64,000 bases of DNA from a virus, in IMG/VR virus record IMGVR_UViG_3300046535_001869, positions 45,300 to 109,299 of that record; one strand, written 5' to 3'. The first letter of the stretch is position 1; each line of letters opens with the position of its first letter. The translations under genes were made by a program, and so were the position numbers. The notes below the pieces were generated by a model. That model was not told the DNA's origin. It searched no databases and saw only the letters and a list, made by a program, of their open reading frames with translations. This document shows, one piece after another, positions 1 to 9,154 of this stretch.

Positions 1-312
1 GATGAACGTCTCATCGAGGCGATGGCGGGCGTACCATAGCGCGCCGCCGGTCCCGGCGTCCGGGACCGGCTCGATAGCGACGTAGATCGGGACGCCGAGG
101 CGTCGGTCCGCCTCGCGAGCGTACTCCACTACCTTCATCGCCTCGAAGCCGGCGAGCAGGAGGAAGCGGTCGCACCCGTGGTCGCGCAGGTGGGCGATGA
201 CGTGGTCGAGGAACGGTACCCCGCCGACCTCGAGCAGAGGCTTCGGGGTGGAGGCGGTCAGCGCACCGAGGCGGGTGCCCCGGCCACCGACGAGGATCGC
301 GGCCTGGGTCAT
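1..312 (-). CDS. Sugar-phosphate nucleotidyltransferase (HddC-like), truncated by the window edge
   Basis: Manual translation from ATG 312: MTQAAILVGGRGTRLGALTASTPKPLLEVGGVPFLDHVI...IEPVPDAGTGGAL. Shows the GGxGTRL...PKP signature. Absent from the ORF track because it runs off the edge. Confidence 0.88.
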   Translation of the reverse strand, partial: MTQAAILVGGRGTRLGALTASTPKPLLEVGGVPFLDHVIAHLRDHGCDRFLLLAGFEAMKVVEYAREADRRLGVPIYVAIEPVPDAGTGGALWYARHRLDETFI

Positions 313-488
313 CTCCCATACTCCCCGAACGGCCCGCGCGGCTCCTCGGGGTCTGGGTGCATGGTCAACTCGGCGAACACGTCGCGGTAGTCGACGTCGT
401 CGAACTCCGCGGCGCGCGGGTCGTACTCGACGATGTTCGGGATGACGTTCCCGAACGGGAAGGGGTGGGTCTTAGTCCGGCGCATCAT
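309..488 (-). CDS. Hypothetical protein (59 aa)
   Basis: Manual translation MMRRTKTHPFPFGNV...; ATGA overlaps with both neighbours. Confidence 0.5.
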   Translation of the reverse strand: MMRRTKTHPFPFGNVIPNIVEYDPRAAEFDDVDYRDVFAELTMHPDPEEPRGPFGEYGR

Positions 489-667
489 GGCTTCACCTGC
501 GCCGCACGGATCTCATCCTTCAACTTACGCCAGCGTTTCGCCGCGCGCATATATCGCATCATCAGGTCATCTGGGACCTCTGCGTGATCGAACCCGCCGT
601 AGCCGTCGTCGCTCTTGGACGCGACCGGCTCCATCTCGCCGTCTAGGTAGTCCCACTGTATCTTCAT
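485..667 (-). CDS. Hypothetical protein
   Basis: ORF preceded by the conserved CCGAGGAGAAACCTCATG RBS cassette. Confidence 0.65.
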   Translation of the reverse strand: MKIQWDYLDGEMEPVASKSDDGYGGFDHAEVPDDLMMRYMRAAKRWRKLKDEIRAAQVKP

Positions 668-683
668 GAGGTTTCTCCTCGGG

Positions 684-1028
684 TTAATTCAGCTCTTGCG
701 CTGATCCCAGAAATTCCGCCACCGTACGGCAACGGGACATGGAGGTAAAGTAATCTAGATGGCGTTCCATGCCATCTGGACCTGATCGGCTGACTCTAGC
801 CATTTCAATCTCGCCGTTGTCAGTGCGCGAGACCTCGGTACCGACGTATACTCCCAACCTTCTGTAGAAGTATTCTGCCTCGAGCGGAGTGCGCATACCT
901 GCGGGAGCTGTTATAGTAAATTCGCAGGTTCGATTACCGTAACTTAACAGCACCCAGCTGCGGGCCTGGACGGTCGCGGTGGTTAAGACAAGAGCGGTCG
1001 CTGTAGCCGCAATGAGCTTGGTAAACAC
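684..1028 (-). CDS. Hypothetical secreted protein
   Basis: Signal-peptide-like N-terminus (KLIAATATALVLTTATVQA); RBS cassette. Confidence 0.65.
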   Translation of the reverse strand: MFTKLIAATATALVLTTATVQARSWVLLSYGNRTCEFTITAPAGMRTPLEAEYFYRRLGVYVGTEVSRTDNGEIEMARVSRSGPDGMERHLDYFTSMSRCRTVAEFLGSAQELN

Positions 1029-1073
1029 TGAGGTCTCTCCTCGGGTTTGGGGTTCAGCTATCTCCTCTGGGGA

Positions 1074-1433
1074 TTAAGTTAAACGTTCTTTGGCTGCCGG
1101 ATCATCCGGCTCGTTGCTGTCGTCGTAGTTGTACGGGGACGGCTCGGCGTCGTGGTACCTGGCGAACACCACCCGGTCGATCGCCGGGGCGATCTCGCGC
1201 GCGGCGCGCTGGTCCCAGACGTAATGAGTAACGTCGGGCTCGCCGAAGACGCGGACCGCGTTCTCCCACTGCTGGGGATCGCGAAATCCGACGAAGTGCG
1301 TCGCGGGGCGGACGCCGTCCATCAGCAGATCGAGCAGCGTGGCGCCGGTAGACTTGCAGCAGCGCCGGGCGCAGGCGCCGGCCGTCGCGCAATCGCTGGC
1401 GTCTATGGGGCAGATCGGGCTAGGTTTAGTCAT
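1074..1433 (-). CDS. Hypothetical protein
   Basis: ORF coupled to neighbour; Cys-rich N-terminus. Confidence 0.55.
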   Translation of the reverse strand: MTKPSPICPIDASDCATAGACARRCCKSTGATLLDLLMDGVRPATHFVGFRDPQQWENAVRVFGEPDVTHYVWDQRAAREIAPAIDRVVFARYHDAEPSPYNYDDSNEPDDPAAKERLT

Positions 1434-1657
1434 CCCTCGTACTTCCTAGCTATGTCCATCATCGCGCCGTGCGACAGGTGCGTCGGTGGATTCGTCCTCA
1501 CTAGCTCCTGGAGCCTGAAGAACTCCTGGCTGAGCGCGGCGGACCGGATCGTGGTCAGGACGACCGCGATCCGGGTCTCGTTCATGCCCTCCTCGCGCAT
1601 CATCTCGATCGCGGTCCGGCAGCGGGAGACGAAGATGGCGTCATCGGCGGTGATCAT
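1430..1657 (-). CDS. Hypothetical protein
   Basis: ORF in tightly packed minus-strand array. Confidence 0.55.
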   Translation of the reverse strand: MITADDAIFVSRCRTAIEMMREEGMNETRIAVVLTTIRSAALSQEFFRLQELVRTNPPTHLSHGAMMDIARKYEG

Positions 1658-1662
1658 AACGA

Positions 1663-2058
1663 CTACCCACGATCCTCGAGATAGCCGATCAGGTCCGCGC
1701 AGAGGCGGTTCCAGCCGCGCTCGGCGTCCTCGGCGGGGATGGTGATGTCGGCCCTCGGGTCGATCGCGAGGACCGCCTGGGCGACGCGCTTCAGCGACAG
1801 GCGTAGGATGGCGAGCTCGTGGGCCGAGGTGCGGCCTATCAACTCGGCCGTCTTACGGTCTTTCCCGGCCGCCCACGCGGCGTGGGCCAGCGGGGCGCGG
1901 TTATACGGGGTCGCGCGACCACCGTGGTGATAGCCGCGCCGGTAGGCCGAGGTCAGCCCGGTACCCGCGGGGTTATCCAGCTCGGGGATCTCGGTCTTCG
2001 CGATATAGACCGCGTAGACCTTCTCCTGGCCGGGATAGGCGAAGGTTCGATTATTCAT
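1663..2058 (-). CDS. Hypothetical protein (start MNNRTF)
   Basis: RBS cassette GAGGAGAGACCTCATG fixes the start at 2058. Confidence 0.6.
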   Translation of the reverse strand: MNNRTFAYPGQEKVYAVYIAKTEIPELDNPAGTGLTSAYRRGYHHGGRATPYNRAPLAHAAWAAGKDRKTAELIGRTSAHELAILRLSLKRVAQAVLAIDPRADITIPAEDAERGWNRLCADLIGYLEDRG

Positions 2059-2266
2059 GAGGTCTCTCCTCGTATGCGCTCCCAGAGCCGGCGCAGCGCG
2101 CGGATCCACCGCGGATAGCGCAGCTCGCTCAGATCGTGGCAGTATTGGCGCAGGTGCGCTTCCTTGACGCCCGCGACGTTGCGCTGGTGGGCCGCATCGA
2201 CCGCGCGCCACTCGGCCGGGGTCCTCGGGTAGGAGCCGCCGTTGAGCTTCGCGTAGTATTCGGCGC

Positions 2267-2479
2267 TCACGACCCGCGCTCCAGCTCGGCGAGCATCTCG
2301 ACGACGCGGTCGAGGACCACGTGGTACGGCGCGTCGATCACGACGCGATGGACCTGGGTCCCGGCGACGAAGCGCCGGCCCTCGTAGTGGGCCGCGGTGC
2401 GAACCGCGACGGCGATCCCGATCGGGGTGTCGCTCACGGTCGCGCGGTAGGCGGCGCTCGGGGAGAGGACGGTGGTCAT
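2267..2479 (-). CDS. Hypothetical protein
   Basis: ORF in packed array. Confidence 0.5.
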   Translation of the reverse strand: MTTVLSPSAAYRATVSDTPIGIAVAVRTAAHYEGRRFVAGTQVHRVVIDAPYHVVLDRVVEMLAELERGS

Positions 2480-2490
2480 CGCCTGATCCC

Positions 2491-2709
2491 CTAATAGAAA
2501 CTATTGTAGATCGTCTTACAGCCGCCGCGTGGGCCGACAAAGACGCACTCATGATATTCGACCTTGAAGCCGGGTTGGCTGTAGGTACGGGTCACACTCA
2601 GCGTATCTGTACCGCCAACCCGGTCCACCTCGTAACTGCGAAGCTCGTAGTTACCACCGTACGGTACGAGCCTGAGGTTATGTACGATTTCGATTTGACG
2701 GTCGGTCAT
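2491..2709 (-). CDS. Hypothetical protein (start MTDRQI)
   Basis: Directly downstream of the promoter plus RBS cassette. Confidence 0.6.
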   Translation of the reverse strand: MTDRQIEIVHNLRLVPYGGNYELRSYEVDRVGGTDTLSVTRTYSQPGFKVEYHECVFVGPRGGCKTIYNSFY

Positions 2710-2770
2710 GAGGTATCTCCTCGGTTGGTAGGGGTAGTATCGCGCCATTGCAGCGAAAAGTAAACCCCTA
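2706..2770 (-). repeat. ~65-bp promoter+RBS cassette, copy 1 (TTTACT-N17-GATACT ... GAGGAGATACCTCATG)
   Basis: Near-identical to 3998-4063; -35 at 2759-2764, -10 at 2736-2741. Confidence 0.85.
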
Positions 2771-2784
2771 TTTTGCCCGAATTT

Positions 2785-3096
2785 TCAGTCGACCCGGGAG
2801 ACCTCAAACGAACCATCGGGCTGGACGACCGCGAGCCAAGAGCAGTCGTAGAACCGGATCACCTCGTCGCGCAGGCGCGTCTCGGCCAGGACCGCGAGCG
2901 GGTCATCGCCTGGGTACGACAGGCGACCGTCCGCGAGCATCTTGAACTTCGGTATCGGCCGCCATCCGCCGCCGTGGCGGTAGTTCTCGTCGATCTGTTC
3001 GCGCGCCGGGCGCGAGTCGCGTTCGTCGAGGAACGCGGGGACCAGACCGAGGAGGTCCATCGACGCGCTCGGGTGCCTCATGATCCATTTCATCAT
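2785..3096 (-). CDS. Hypothetical phage protein
   Basis: Clean ORF with AAGGA RBS. Confidence 0.65.
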   Translation of the reverse strand: MMKWIMRHPSASMDLLGLVPAFLDERDSRPAREQIDENYRHGGGWRPIPKFKMLADGRLSYPGDDPLAVLAETRLRDEVIRFYDCSWLAVVQPDGSFEVSRVD

Positions 3097-3151
3097 GGTT
3101 TTCCTTTTATTTGAGGTTCAAACCAAGGTTGGCCAGACCAGTTGTTGATTC

Positions 3152-3490
3152 TTAACGTTTTATGGGTGGCCGATCCTGCGCCCGGAACATGGCCGTCCAG
3201 ACGTCCGAGTAGGCGTCGTGGCGCCGGTGGTCGCGTGGCGCGACCGTATTCTTAAAGTTCGGATAGTCGATCTCGTTGATCCGATCGGCCATCTCGGCCC
3301 AGACCTCGTAACGCGGGACCAGCGCCCGGTAGCGATAGTCCTTCTGCGGGGTCGTCGAGACCCTCGCAGAGGGGAACACACGCCGGATGTCGCCCTTGAA
3401 GCGGGCGCGGACTAGGAGCTGGTCTCCGGTCAGGTCGTCGTCGGGCGCGACAATCGAGAACATCGCGTCGGAGAGGAAGATCCACATCAC
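3152..3490 (-). CDS. Conserved-looking hypothetical phage protein
   Basis: MWIF..FSIV...LLVRAR...DYRYRA...IDYPNFK pattern. Confidence 0.65.
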   Translation of the reverse strand: MMWIFLSDAMFSIVAPDDDLTGDQLLVRARFKGDIRRVFPSARVSTTPQKDYRYRALVPRYEVWAEMADRINEIDYPNFKNTVAPRDHRRHDAYSDVWTAMFRAQDRPPIKR

Positions 3491-3807
3491 GGCACCCGCG
3501 CCGCGCGCAGCGCCGCCTCGTAGGCGTCGATCCCGCCCGCGTGCGCCTCGTCGAGGAGGCGCGCGACGGTGCGCTCCGTGAAGGGAATCGAGTCGCCAGC
3601 GCGGCCCATCGACGAGAAGCGCAGCGCGCCGTTCTTGCCGACGTAGACGCGATGGCGCAGCAGGTCCTCCTGCGGCTTGAGGAGGCTCCGCGTCTCGGCG
3701 GTCGGCCTGAAGACGACCTTCTTCGTCACGTGGGTCGCGGTGTCGACGACGTAGCCGCGCGCGAGGAGCGCGGTGGTCAGGAGCTGCTGGCGGGTGGGCT
3801 TGGGCAT
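3487..3807 (-). CDS. Hypothetical protein (start MPKPTR)
   Basis: RBS cassette at 3805-3822. Confidence 0.6.
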   Translation of the reverse strand: MPKPTRQQLLTTALLARGYVVDTATHVTKKVVFRPTAETRSLLKPQEDLLRHRVYVGKNGALRFSSMGRAGDSIPFTERTVARLLDEAHAGGIDAYEAALRAARVP

Positions 3808-3824
3808 GAGGTCTCTCCTCGGTT

Positions 3825-4001
3825 TCAAAGTCCAGCTTCGATGGCGCTGAGGATCTCGCGAGCCCAGCGCTTGACCTTCGGCTCGTACTCGCCGGTGATG
3901 AAGTGCTCGGTCAGATCGCGCGCGTGGCGCAGGGCCTCCTCCTGGCGGATCAACTTCTGACCGACGAGCTCGTCCTGGAGGTCGTGACGGGTGGTCTTCA
4001 T
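3825..4001 (-). CDS. Hypothetical protein (start MKTTRH)
   Basis: First gene after promoter cassette copy 2. Confidence 0.6.
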   Translation of the reverse strand: MKTTRHDLQDELVGQKLIRQEEALRHARDLTEHFITGEYEPKVKRWAREILSAIEAGL

Positions 4002-4063
4002 GAGGTATCTCCTCGGATTGGTAGGGGTAGTATCGCGCCGTTGCGGCGAAAAGTAAACCCCTA
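3998..4063 (-). repeat. Promoter+RBS cassette, copy 2
   Basis: -35 TTTACT at 4052-4057, -10 GATACT at 4029-4034, 17-bp spacer. Confidence 0.85.
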
Positions 4064-4206
4064 ATTTCGCGATCTTGGAAGATTTCTGCGGAGCCCGAGC
4101 TCGAACCGCACAAGCGGCGCGTGCCACCACGGCAGCGGGCCAAACGTGCGCTGCCACGCGGCGCGGGTCTCGGCCTGCCGCCAGATCCGGCGCCAGTCGA
4201 GCCGGC

Positions 4207-5196
4207 TCACGTCGCCCACCCGTTTACGACGACCGTCGAGCCGGAGCGGGCGATACCCACCGGCACGAACACCGCGCTCGGGAGCGCGGCGCGGACCCGC
4301 GTGTGGTCCTCCGGGCACGCGAATAGCAAACAAAATCCCCCTCCGCCTGCTCCCAGCAGCTTCCCGCCGATCGCACCGGCCGCGCGGGCTCGCTCGTACA
4401 GCTCGCCGACTGTCGGGGTGGCTACCAGGGGTGAGAGGGCTTGCTTTAATCGCCAGGCCTCGTCCAGCAGCTCGCCTAGCGCCTCTATCGGCGTTGTCGA
4501 GGACAGCAGGATCGTCTCGGCCTCGTCGACCTGCTCGCGCATGCGGGCTAGGTACGGGGAGATCGGGGAGAGGTCGAGCGAGGCGGCGATCTGCGGCGCA
4601 TCTCTGACTTCTCCCGTAAACGCGAGTAGCAGATGATCGAGTAGCTCGCGCTGGCGGGCCTGGGGGACCATCGGGCGCCGGACTTCCCATCCGGACGGCC
4701 CGAAATCGACCCGGAGCAGATCGCCGTAGGCGGCGAAGATCTGGTCCTGTTCGCCGCCCAATTCCGCCATCACCGTGCGCTCCAGGTGGATCGCGCGGCG
4801 GGCGAGGAGGCCCGGGTGGTCGTGGCGGCCCGAGAGGGCATCGATCGCGGTGATCAGGCCACAGATGAAGGCTGACGATGATCCGAGGCCCGCGCGGGAG
4901 GGCAGGTCCGCCGAGTATGTGCACTCGATGTTAGTAGGGCGTCCCAGCTGGGTCAGGACGGCGCGGGCGGCCGGGTGGATCAGATCGTCGGCGTGCTCGG
5001 TCAGCTCGATCCTGGAATATACGAGCCTGACGTTGTGCTCGTGAAATGCGGGGAGCTCCCTCACAGTCAAGTAGACGTAGTGGTCGATGGCGAACCCGAG
5101 GACCGCACCGCCGCGCGGGGACTCGTTGTAATAGGCCGGCGTGTCTGTGCCGCCGCCGAAGAGGCTCACCCTTAGTGGCGTTCGCGTGATGATCAC
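4207..5196 (-). CDS. GHMP sugar kinase, heptose-7-phosphate kinase (HddA-like)
   Basis: MIITRTPLRVSLFGGGTD, LPSRAGLGSSSA, GEQDQ and GGKLLGAGGGGF motifs. Confidence 0.9.
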   Translation of the reverse strand: MIITRTPLRVSLFGGGTDTPAYYNESPRGGAVLGFAIDHYVYLTVRELPAFHEHNVRLVYSRIELTEHADDLIHPAARAVLTQLGRPTNIECTYSADLPSRAGLGSSSAFICGLITAIDALSGRHDHPGLLARRAIHLERTVMAELGGEQDQIFAAYGDLLRVDFGPSGWEVRRPMVPQARQRELLDHLLLAFTGEVRDAPQIAASLDLSPISPYLARMREQVDEAETILLSSTTPIEALGELLDEAWRLKQALSPLVATPTVGELYERARAAGAIGGKLLGAGGGGFCLLFACPEDHTRVRAALPSAVFVPVGIARSGSTVVVNGWAT

Positions 5197-5579
5197 GGAT
5201 CAATCCTCTCCACAACGAGCTCGTACCCGCTCGGACGCTCCTCGACGCGGACGATCGCGTTGCCGCTGCTCGTGTGCTGGTCTGGCGCGACCCAGACCGC
5301 GGTATCGGTCCGAGCGACGTAGCCGCCGCCCTTGTAGCCCACGAACACGCGCCCGATGGCGTCCGAAAGCAGGCCCGCCAGCGCGCCCGCGGTCTGGGGA
5401 CGGTCGCCGCGCTGGACGAACACCAGCGCCAGGTCCTCGTAGTAGCCGCGGTAGCTGACCAAGTGGTCCCAGCGGTAGCGGCCCGAGCCGACCCAGACCT
5501 TGGCCGAGCGTGGCAGGCGGGTGAGCGTGGCGAGGAGCGTCCCGACCGTCATCGCGCCGAGCGCGGCGCCGGGGCTCAC
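5193..5579 (-). CDS. Hypothetical phage protein
   Basis: SYRGYYEDLAL...GYKGG pattern; coupled to kinase start. Confidence 0.6.
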   Translation of the reverse strand: MSPGAALGAMTVGTLLATLTRLPRSAKVWVGSGRYRWDHLVSYRGYYEDLALVFVQRGDRPQTAGALAGLLSDAIGRVFVGYKGGGYVARTDTAVWVAPDQHTSSGNAIVRVEERPSGYELVVERIDP

Positions 5580-5809
5580 TGCTTCTCCCCATAGATCAGG
5601 CGCGTGACCCGCTCGCGCAGGCCCTCGCAGAACGCCTCGACGAGCTCGTCGGGCTGCTTGTTGTAGCGCACCGCGTTGAACGCGATCAAACCGGCGACCA
5701 TGCCCTCAACCGCGACCATCTCGGTCTCGAACTGACCGATCGCAGCCATCTTGGCGCCGAACTCCCGGATCAGGGAGGCGGTCAGGTCATTGATCTCATC
5801 CGTGGTCAC
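5576..5809 (-). CDS. Hypothetical protein
   Basis: Packed ORF. Confidence 0.55.
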   Translation of the reverse strand: MTTDEINDLTASLIREFGAKMAAIGQFETEMVAVEGMVAGLIAFNAVRYNKQPDELVEAFCEGLRERVTRLIYGEKQ

Positions 5810-6138
5810 TCGACCAACCCGCGGATCGTCGCGTCGTACAGGTCGAGGACGTCCTCTACGGTCCGCTCGGGCGCGTCGTTCCAGTCAGCGACGGGACAGG
5901 AGATGCCCCGGCCCACGAGTGTCTTCCTTAGTGCGTCGAAGGCGACCTGGCGGCGGACGGTATCCTCGTAGGTGCACATCCGGCCGCCGACCACCGCAAA
6001 GATGCCCCCTACTGCGCAGGCTCGTCCGTTATCAATGGAGACATTCTGGCACCAGCCGTGGGTTACGATGTACTCGCGAGCGGCGCGGAGGTCCTCGACG
6101 AGGGTACTCGGGGCGAAGGTAGTGCTGTCTAGGGGCAT
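5806..6138 (-). CDS. Hypothetical protein (DUF6197-like)
   Basis: GWCQ...CAVGGI...WNDAPERT..DV pattern. Confidence 0.55.
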   Translation of the reverse strand: MPLDSTTFAPSTLVEDLRAAREYIVTHGWCQNVSIDNGRACAVGGIFAVVGGRMCTYEDTVRRQVAFDALRKTLVGRGISCPVADWNDAPERTVEDVLDLYDATIRGLVE

Positions 6139-6147
6139 ATCGGACTC

Positions 6148-6447
6148 CTATGATTTAACCAGCTTGACGACCTTCTCGGCGGGTGGCTCGTCGACCCAGT
6201 CCAGGAAGGTGCGGACCGCGGCGAAGTCGGGGAAGATCTTGGCGCGGGCGTAGTCCTCGCCCGGCTGAAGCATCAGCAGGTGGAGGTCGACGAGGTACGA
6301 GCCGATCTTATTGGGCTCGCCGGTCTGTGGATTAAGGCACTCGACGAGATACATCGTCTTCGTGACCCGCTCGCGGAACCGAACCAGAGTCCAGTGCCCC
6401 TCGTCCGGGTCGTCGATCATGGCGAGGAGGTTGATCATGGCCACCAT
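6148..6447 (-). CDS. Hypothetical protein
   Basis: Packed ORF. Confidence 0.55.
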   Translation of the reverse strand: MVAMINLLAMIDDPDEGHWTLVRFRERVTKTMYLVECLNPQTGEPNKIGSYLVDLHLLMLQPGEDYARAKIFPDFAAVRTFLDWVDEPPAEKVVKLVKS

Positions 6448-6758
6448 CCGTTATTGGTATGAACCTTTGTTGCCAGATAGCCTAGAATCGTGAGACGAGT
6501 ATCGATCCAGGGCGCGCCGCACGAGGAGCAGACGCAGACGTCGAACCTACTTGCTTCCTCTGGTATAGTCTGACCCATGGCGTAGTTATGGAACATTTTT
6601 GTAACGATCACGTCCCCCTCGGGTCCTGGGTCTTGGCCGGCCGGGACCCCAACGGGGGCCGGTCGTATGACTACCTTCGTCTCGCAGATCCGGTGTCCAT
6701 TCTCGCAGGTTATCTCGGTCCCAGCCGGTAACGGCCCGGAGTAACCGTCGTAAGTCAC
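6435..6758 (-). CDS. Hypothetical protein with Cys/His Zn-ribbon-like motifs
   Basis: CENGH...CSSCG. Confidence 0.5.
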   Translation of the reverse strand: MTYDGYSGPLPAGTEITCENGHRICETKVVIRPAPVGVPAGQDPGPEGDVIVTKMFHNYAMGQTIPEEASRFDVCVCSSCGAPWIDTRLTILGYLATKVHTNNGWWP

Positions 6759-8269
6759 TTCGCCTCCTCCAACAGATCCCGTTTCAGCGTATACGACGTC
6801 ATCCTACGGATCTCCTCGACCGCCGCTTGGCCGAACTTGTCGCGGATCATCGCGAGGTAGCCCGGGTCGGTGAAGTAGCACGTGAAGGCGGTGTCGCGGA
6901 AGCGGAGGACCTCAGCGGCGGGGACGGTCTCGGTGTCTAGTGGACGAGATACGGAATTGTGCTGAGAATATCCGGCCCAGGACGATGGAGGCGTCCATCC
7001 CTCGGCGAGGGCCTGGTCGTATAGAGGCGAGCCGGGATAGGCCATCGCGCAGTAGAAATTGGCAAACTCGGTTCGGAGGGAGCGCGCGAGATCGAGGGTC
7101 TCTCCCATCGTCTCCATCGTATCGCCGCGCAGGCCAAAGATATAGTTCCCAATCACGTTGATCCCCGCGGCCTGGATCATCGCAACAACCCGGCGGATCT
7201 CGGCGTTATCGTCCTGGCCGGCGCGCAGGCGCTTGTTCGCCCCGGCGCGGACGTGGGCCGAGCCGGCCTCTATGCCGAGGGCTAACCATTTGATCCCAGC
7301 CTTGCGTAGAAGTGGTAAGTCGTCGTCGTGGACCGTGTCGGTACGAGAGTAGGCCCATATGTTCAGGTCGTCGGCGATCCCGGAGGCGATCAGCCGATGG
7401 CAGATCTCGCGAAAATGCCCGCGGTTCAAAACAAAGAGCTCGTCAGTTATCTTGAACGTTCGGATACCGTACTCGCGATAGAGCATCACGATCTCGTCGA
7501 CGACCTTGCGCGGATCGCGGCGCCGGTAAACGTTCGAGTGCTGGAATACGTTAATCATGCAGAAGTGGCACTTGAAGCTACACCCCAGGCTCGTGTGGAT
7601 CGACGCGTAAGGCTGACGCCGCGTCGGGTCCTCCAGGCACTGCCAGTTGTGCGCCCGGTAGAGGTGCATCGGCAGCAGGTGCCACGCCGACGAGCCGTGG
7701 AGATCGCAGTCGAGGTCGAGGAGCGGTGCGCGGGGATTGGCGACCGCTCGCTCGTCCCCGCCGCAGGTCGGGTGGGACCACACCAGGCCTGGGATCTCCT
7801 GCGGGTACCAGACGCCACCGTGCTTGTGGATTTGCTCTAGGAGTCCCTCGATCGTCAGTGGTCCCTCGCCGTCGCAGACGAAGTCAACCGGCTCCTCGCG
7901 CAGCGTCCTTTCTGGTAGCGCCGAAGGGTGGTTACCGAGCATGAGGATCGGAGGGGGGAAGAGCAGGACGCGGATGGCCTGAGCTACGGCCCGCGCTCCC
8001 GTCATTTGCTGTGTACTCGCCGATGGTTGATGACCGTGGACGCATATCGCAACTAGACGCGGTCGATAGAAGGTAACCTTGATAGCAACCTGCTCCGGTG
8101 AAAGGTGTTCGGCCTCCTGGTCGATGATCGCGACGGTCTTCCCACGATCTAGAAAGTAGGAAGCGATAATTCGACACCACAGAGCCTGTTCGATAGCCGT
8201 GAGGGTGCCACCAAGCTCGCCGTAGATGCCGTGCACCGCGCCGGGATGGATCAGGACCAGGTCGATCAT
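6755..8269 (-). CDS. Cobalamin-binding radical SAM protein
   Basis: N-terminal B12-binding-like domain (GNHPSALPE, DFVCDGEG); CSFKCHFC (CxxxCxxC); GIEAG; YPGSPLY. Confidence 0.88.
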   Translation of the reverse strand: MIDLVLIHPGAVHGIYGELGGTLTAIEQALWCRIIASYFLDRGKTVAIIDQEAEHLSPEQVAIKVTFYRPRLVAICVHGHQPSASTQQMTGARAVAQAIRVLLFPPPILMLGNHPSALPERTLREEPVDFVCDGEGPLTIEGLLEQIHKHGGVWYPQEIPGLVWSHPTCGGDERAVANPRAPLLDLDCDLHGSSAWHLLPMHLYRAHNWQCLEDPTRRQPYASIHTSLGCSFKCHFCMINVFQHSNVYRRRDPRKVVDEIVMLYREYGIRTFKITDELFVLNRGHFREICHRLIASGIADDLNIWAYSRTDTVHDDDLPLLRKAGIKWLALGIEAGSAHVRAGANKRLRAGQDDNAEIRRVVAMIQAAGINVIGNYIFGLRGDTMETMGETLDLARSLRTEFANFYCAMAYPGSPLYDQALAEGWTPPSSWAGYSQHNSVSRPLDTETVPAAEVLRFRDTAFTCYFTDPGYLAMIRDKFGQAAVEEIRRMTSYTLKRDLLEEAK

Positions 8270-8478
8270 CAGAACTCCTTCATCAACGTGACGATGATCC
8301 GGCCGCGGCCGAACGCGTCGCGCTCAAACTTAAAACCAGACTGGAACGAGAGCCTGGACGCCTCCTCCCAGAGCTCCAGGACCGGCGCGAGCGCCTCCTC
8401 GATCCGACGCTTCAGGTCGACGGCGACCTCGGCGTCGCTCCGGGTCGTCAGCAGGCGAACCGGCGGGTCGTCGTTCAC
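8269..8478 (-). CDS. Hypothetical protein
   Basis: Packed ORF. Confidence 0.55.
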   Translation of the reverse strand: MNDDPPVRLLTTRSDAEVAVDLKRRIEEALAPVLELWEEASRLSFQSGFKFERDAFGRGRIIVTLMKEF

Positions 8479-8723
8479 TTCACCCTCGTCAGCTTGAGCA
8501 CGTTCGGAACCCGCCCGATGCCCCTGGTCTCGGCCAGCACCGCGTCCAGCTGTCGGTTCAGCGCGTCACAGCGCGTGTAGAGAGTCGTCTTGGACACGCC
8601 GCCGTAGTCGCGCCAGATCCCTGCGACAACGTTCTTGGACACGCCGAAGCGTTCCGCGACCACGGACTGGATCTCGCCGTCGCCGAGGAGGTCGAGGATC
8701 GCGGTGCGGCGCTCTGGGGTCAT
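8475..8723 (-). CDS. HTH protein resembling the GcrA N-terminal domain
   Basis: VAERFGVSKNVVAGI helix-turn-helix. Confidence 0.5.
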   Translation of the reverse strand: MTPERRTAILDLLGDGEIQSVVAERFGVSKNVVAGIWRDYGGVSKTTLYTRCDALNRQLDAVLAETRGIGRVPNVLKLTRVK

Positions 8724-9154
8724 CCGGCAAACTTCTCGCGAGCCCTCATACTGAACCAGTGGTGGACGTTCAGGATAGCGGCTTGCGCGATCTCATCGAT
8801 TTGCTTTGATGAACCATCGCTACCCTCGGTATCAGCGACGAGCTCCCCATTAAGATCGCCATCATTAAACGAGAATACGAGCTTCACACTGCCACGGTCC
8901 GCGAGAGCGGTTCGTATAGCCTCTAGGGCTGGTTCCTTGAAGCCGGAGACAGCAAGCTCAGTCGCGGCGCGAAATCGCATCCCCCGCTCGGCAGCAACGA
9001 TCGTTACTAGTTGATCTGCGGTTGCGTCCGGCAGCTTTCCGCGAACGTACTCGGTGGGATCAAGGTCCTCGTCCGTGAGATATGCCGTAACGCTCCGTTC
9101 GCTGAAGATCTCTCCTTCAGCTCCGACTCTAAACGTCAATTTTGCTAGATGCAT
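8720..9154 (-). CDS. Hypothetical protein (probable start MHLAKL)
   Basis: AAGGA RBS before internal Met of track ORF 8720-9334. Confidence 0.5.
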   Translation of the reverse strand: MHLAKLTFRVGAEGEIFSERSVTAYLTDEDLDPTEYVRGKLPDATADQLVTIVAAERGMRFRAATELAVSGFKEPALEAIRTALADRGSVKLVFSFNDGDLNGELVADTEGSDGSSKQIDEIAQAAILNVHHWFSMRAREKFAG

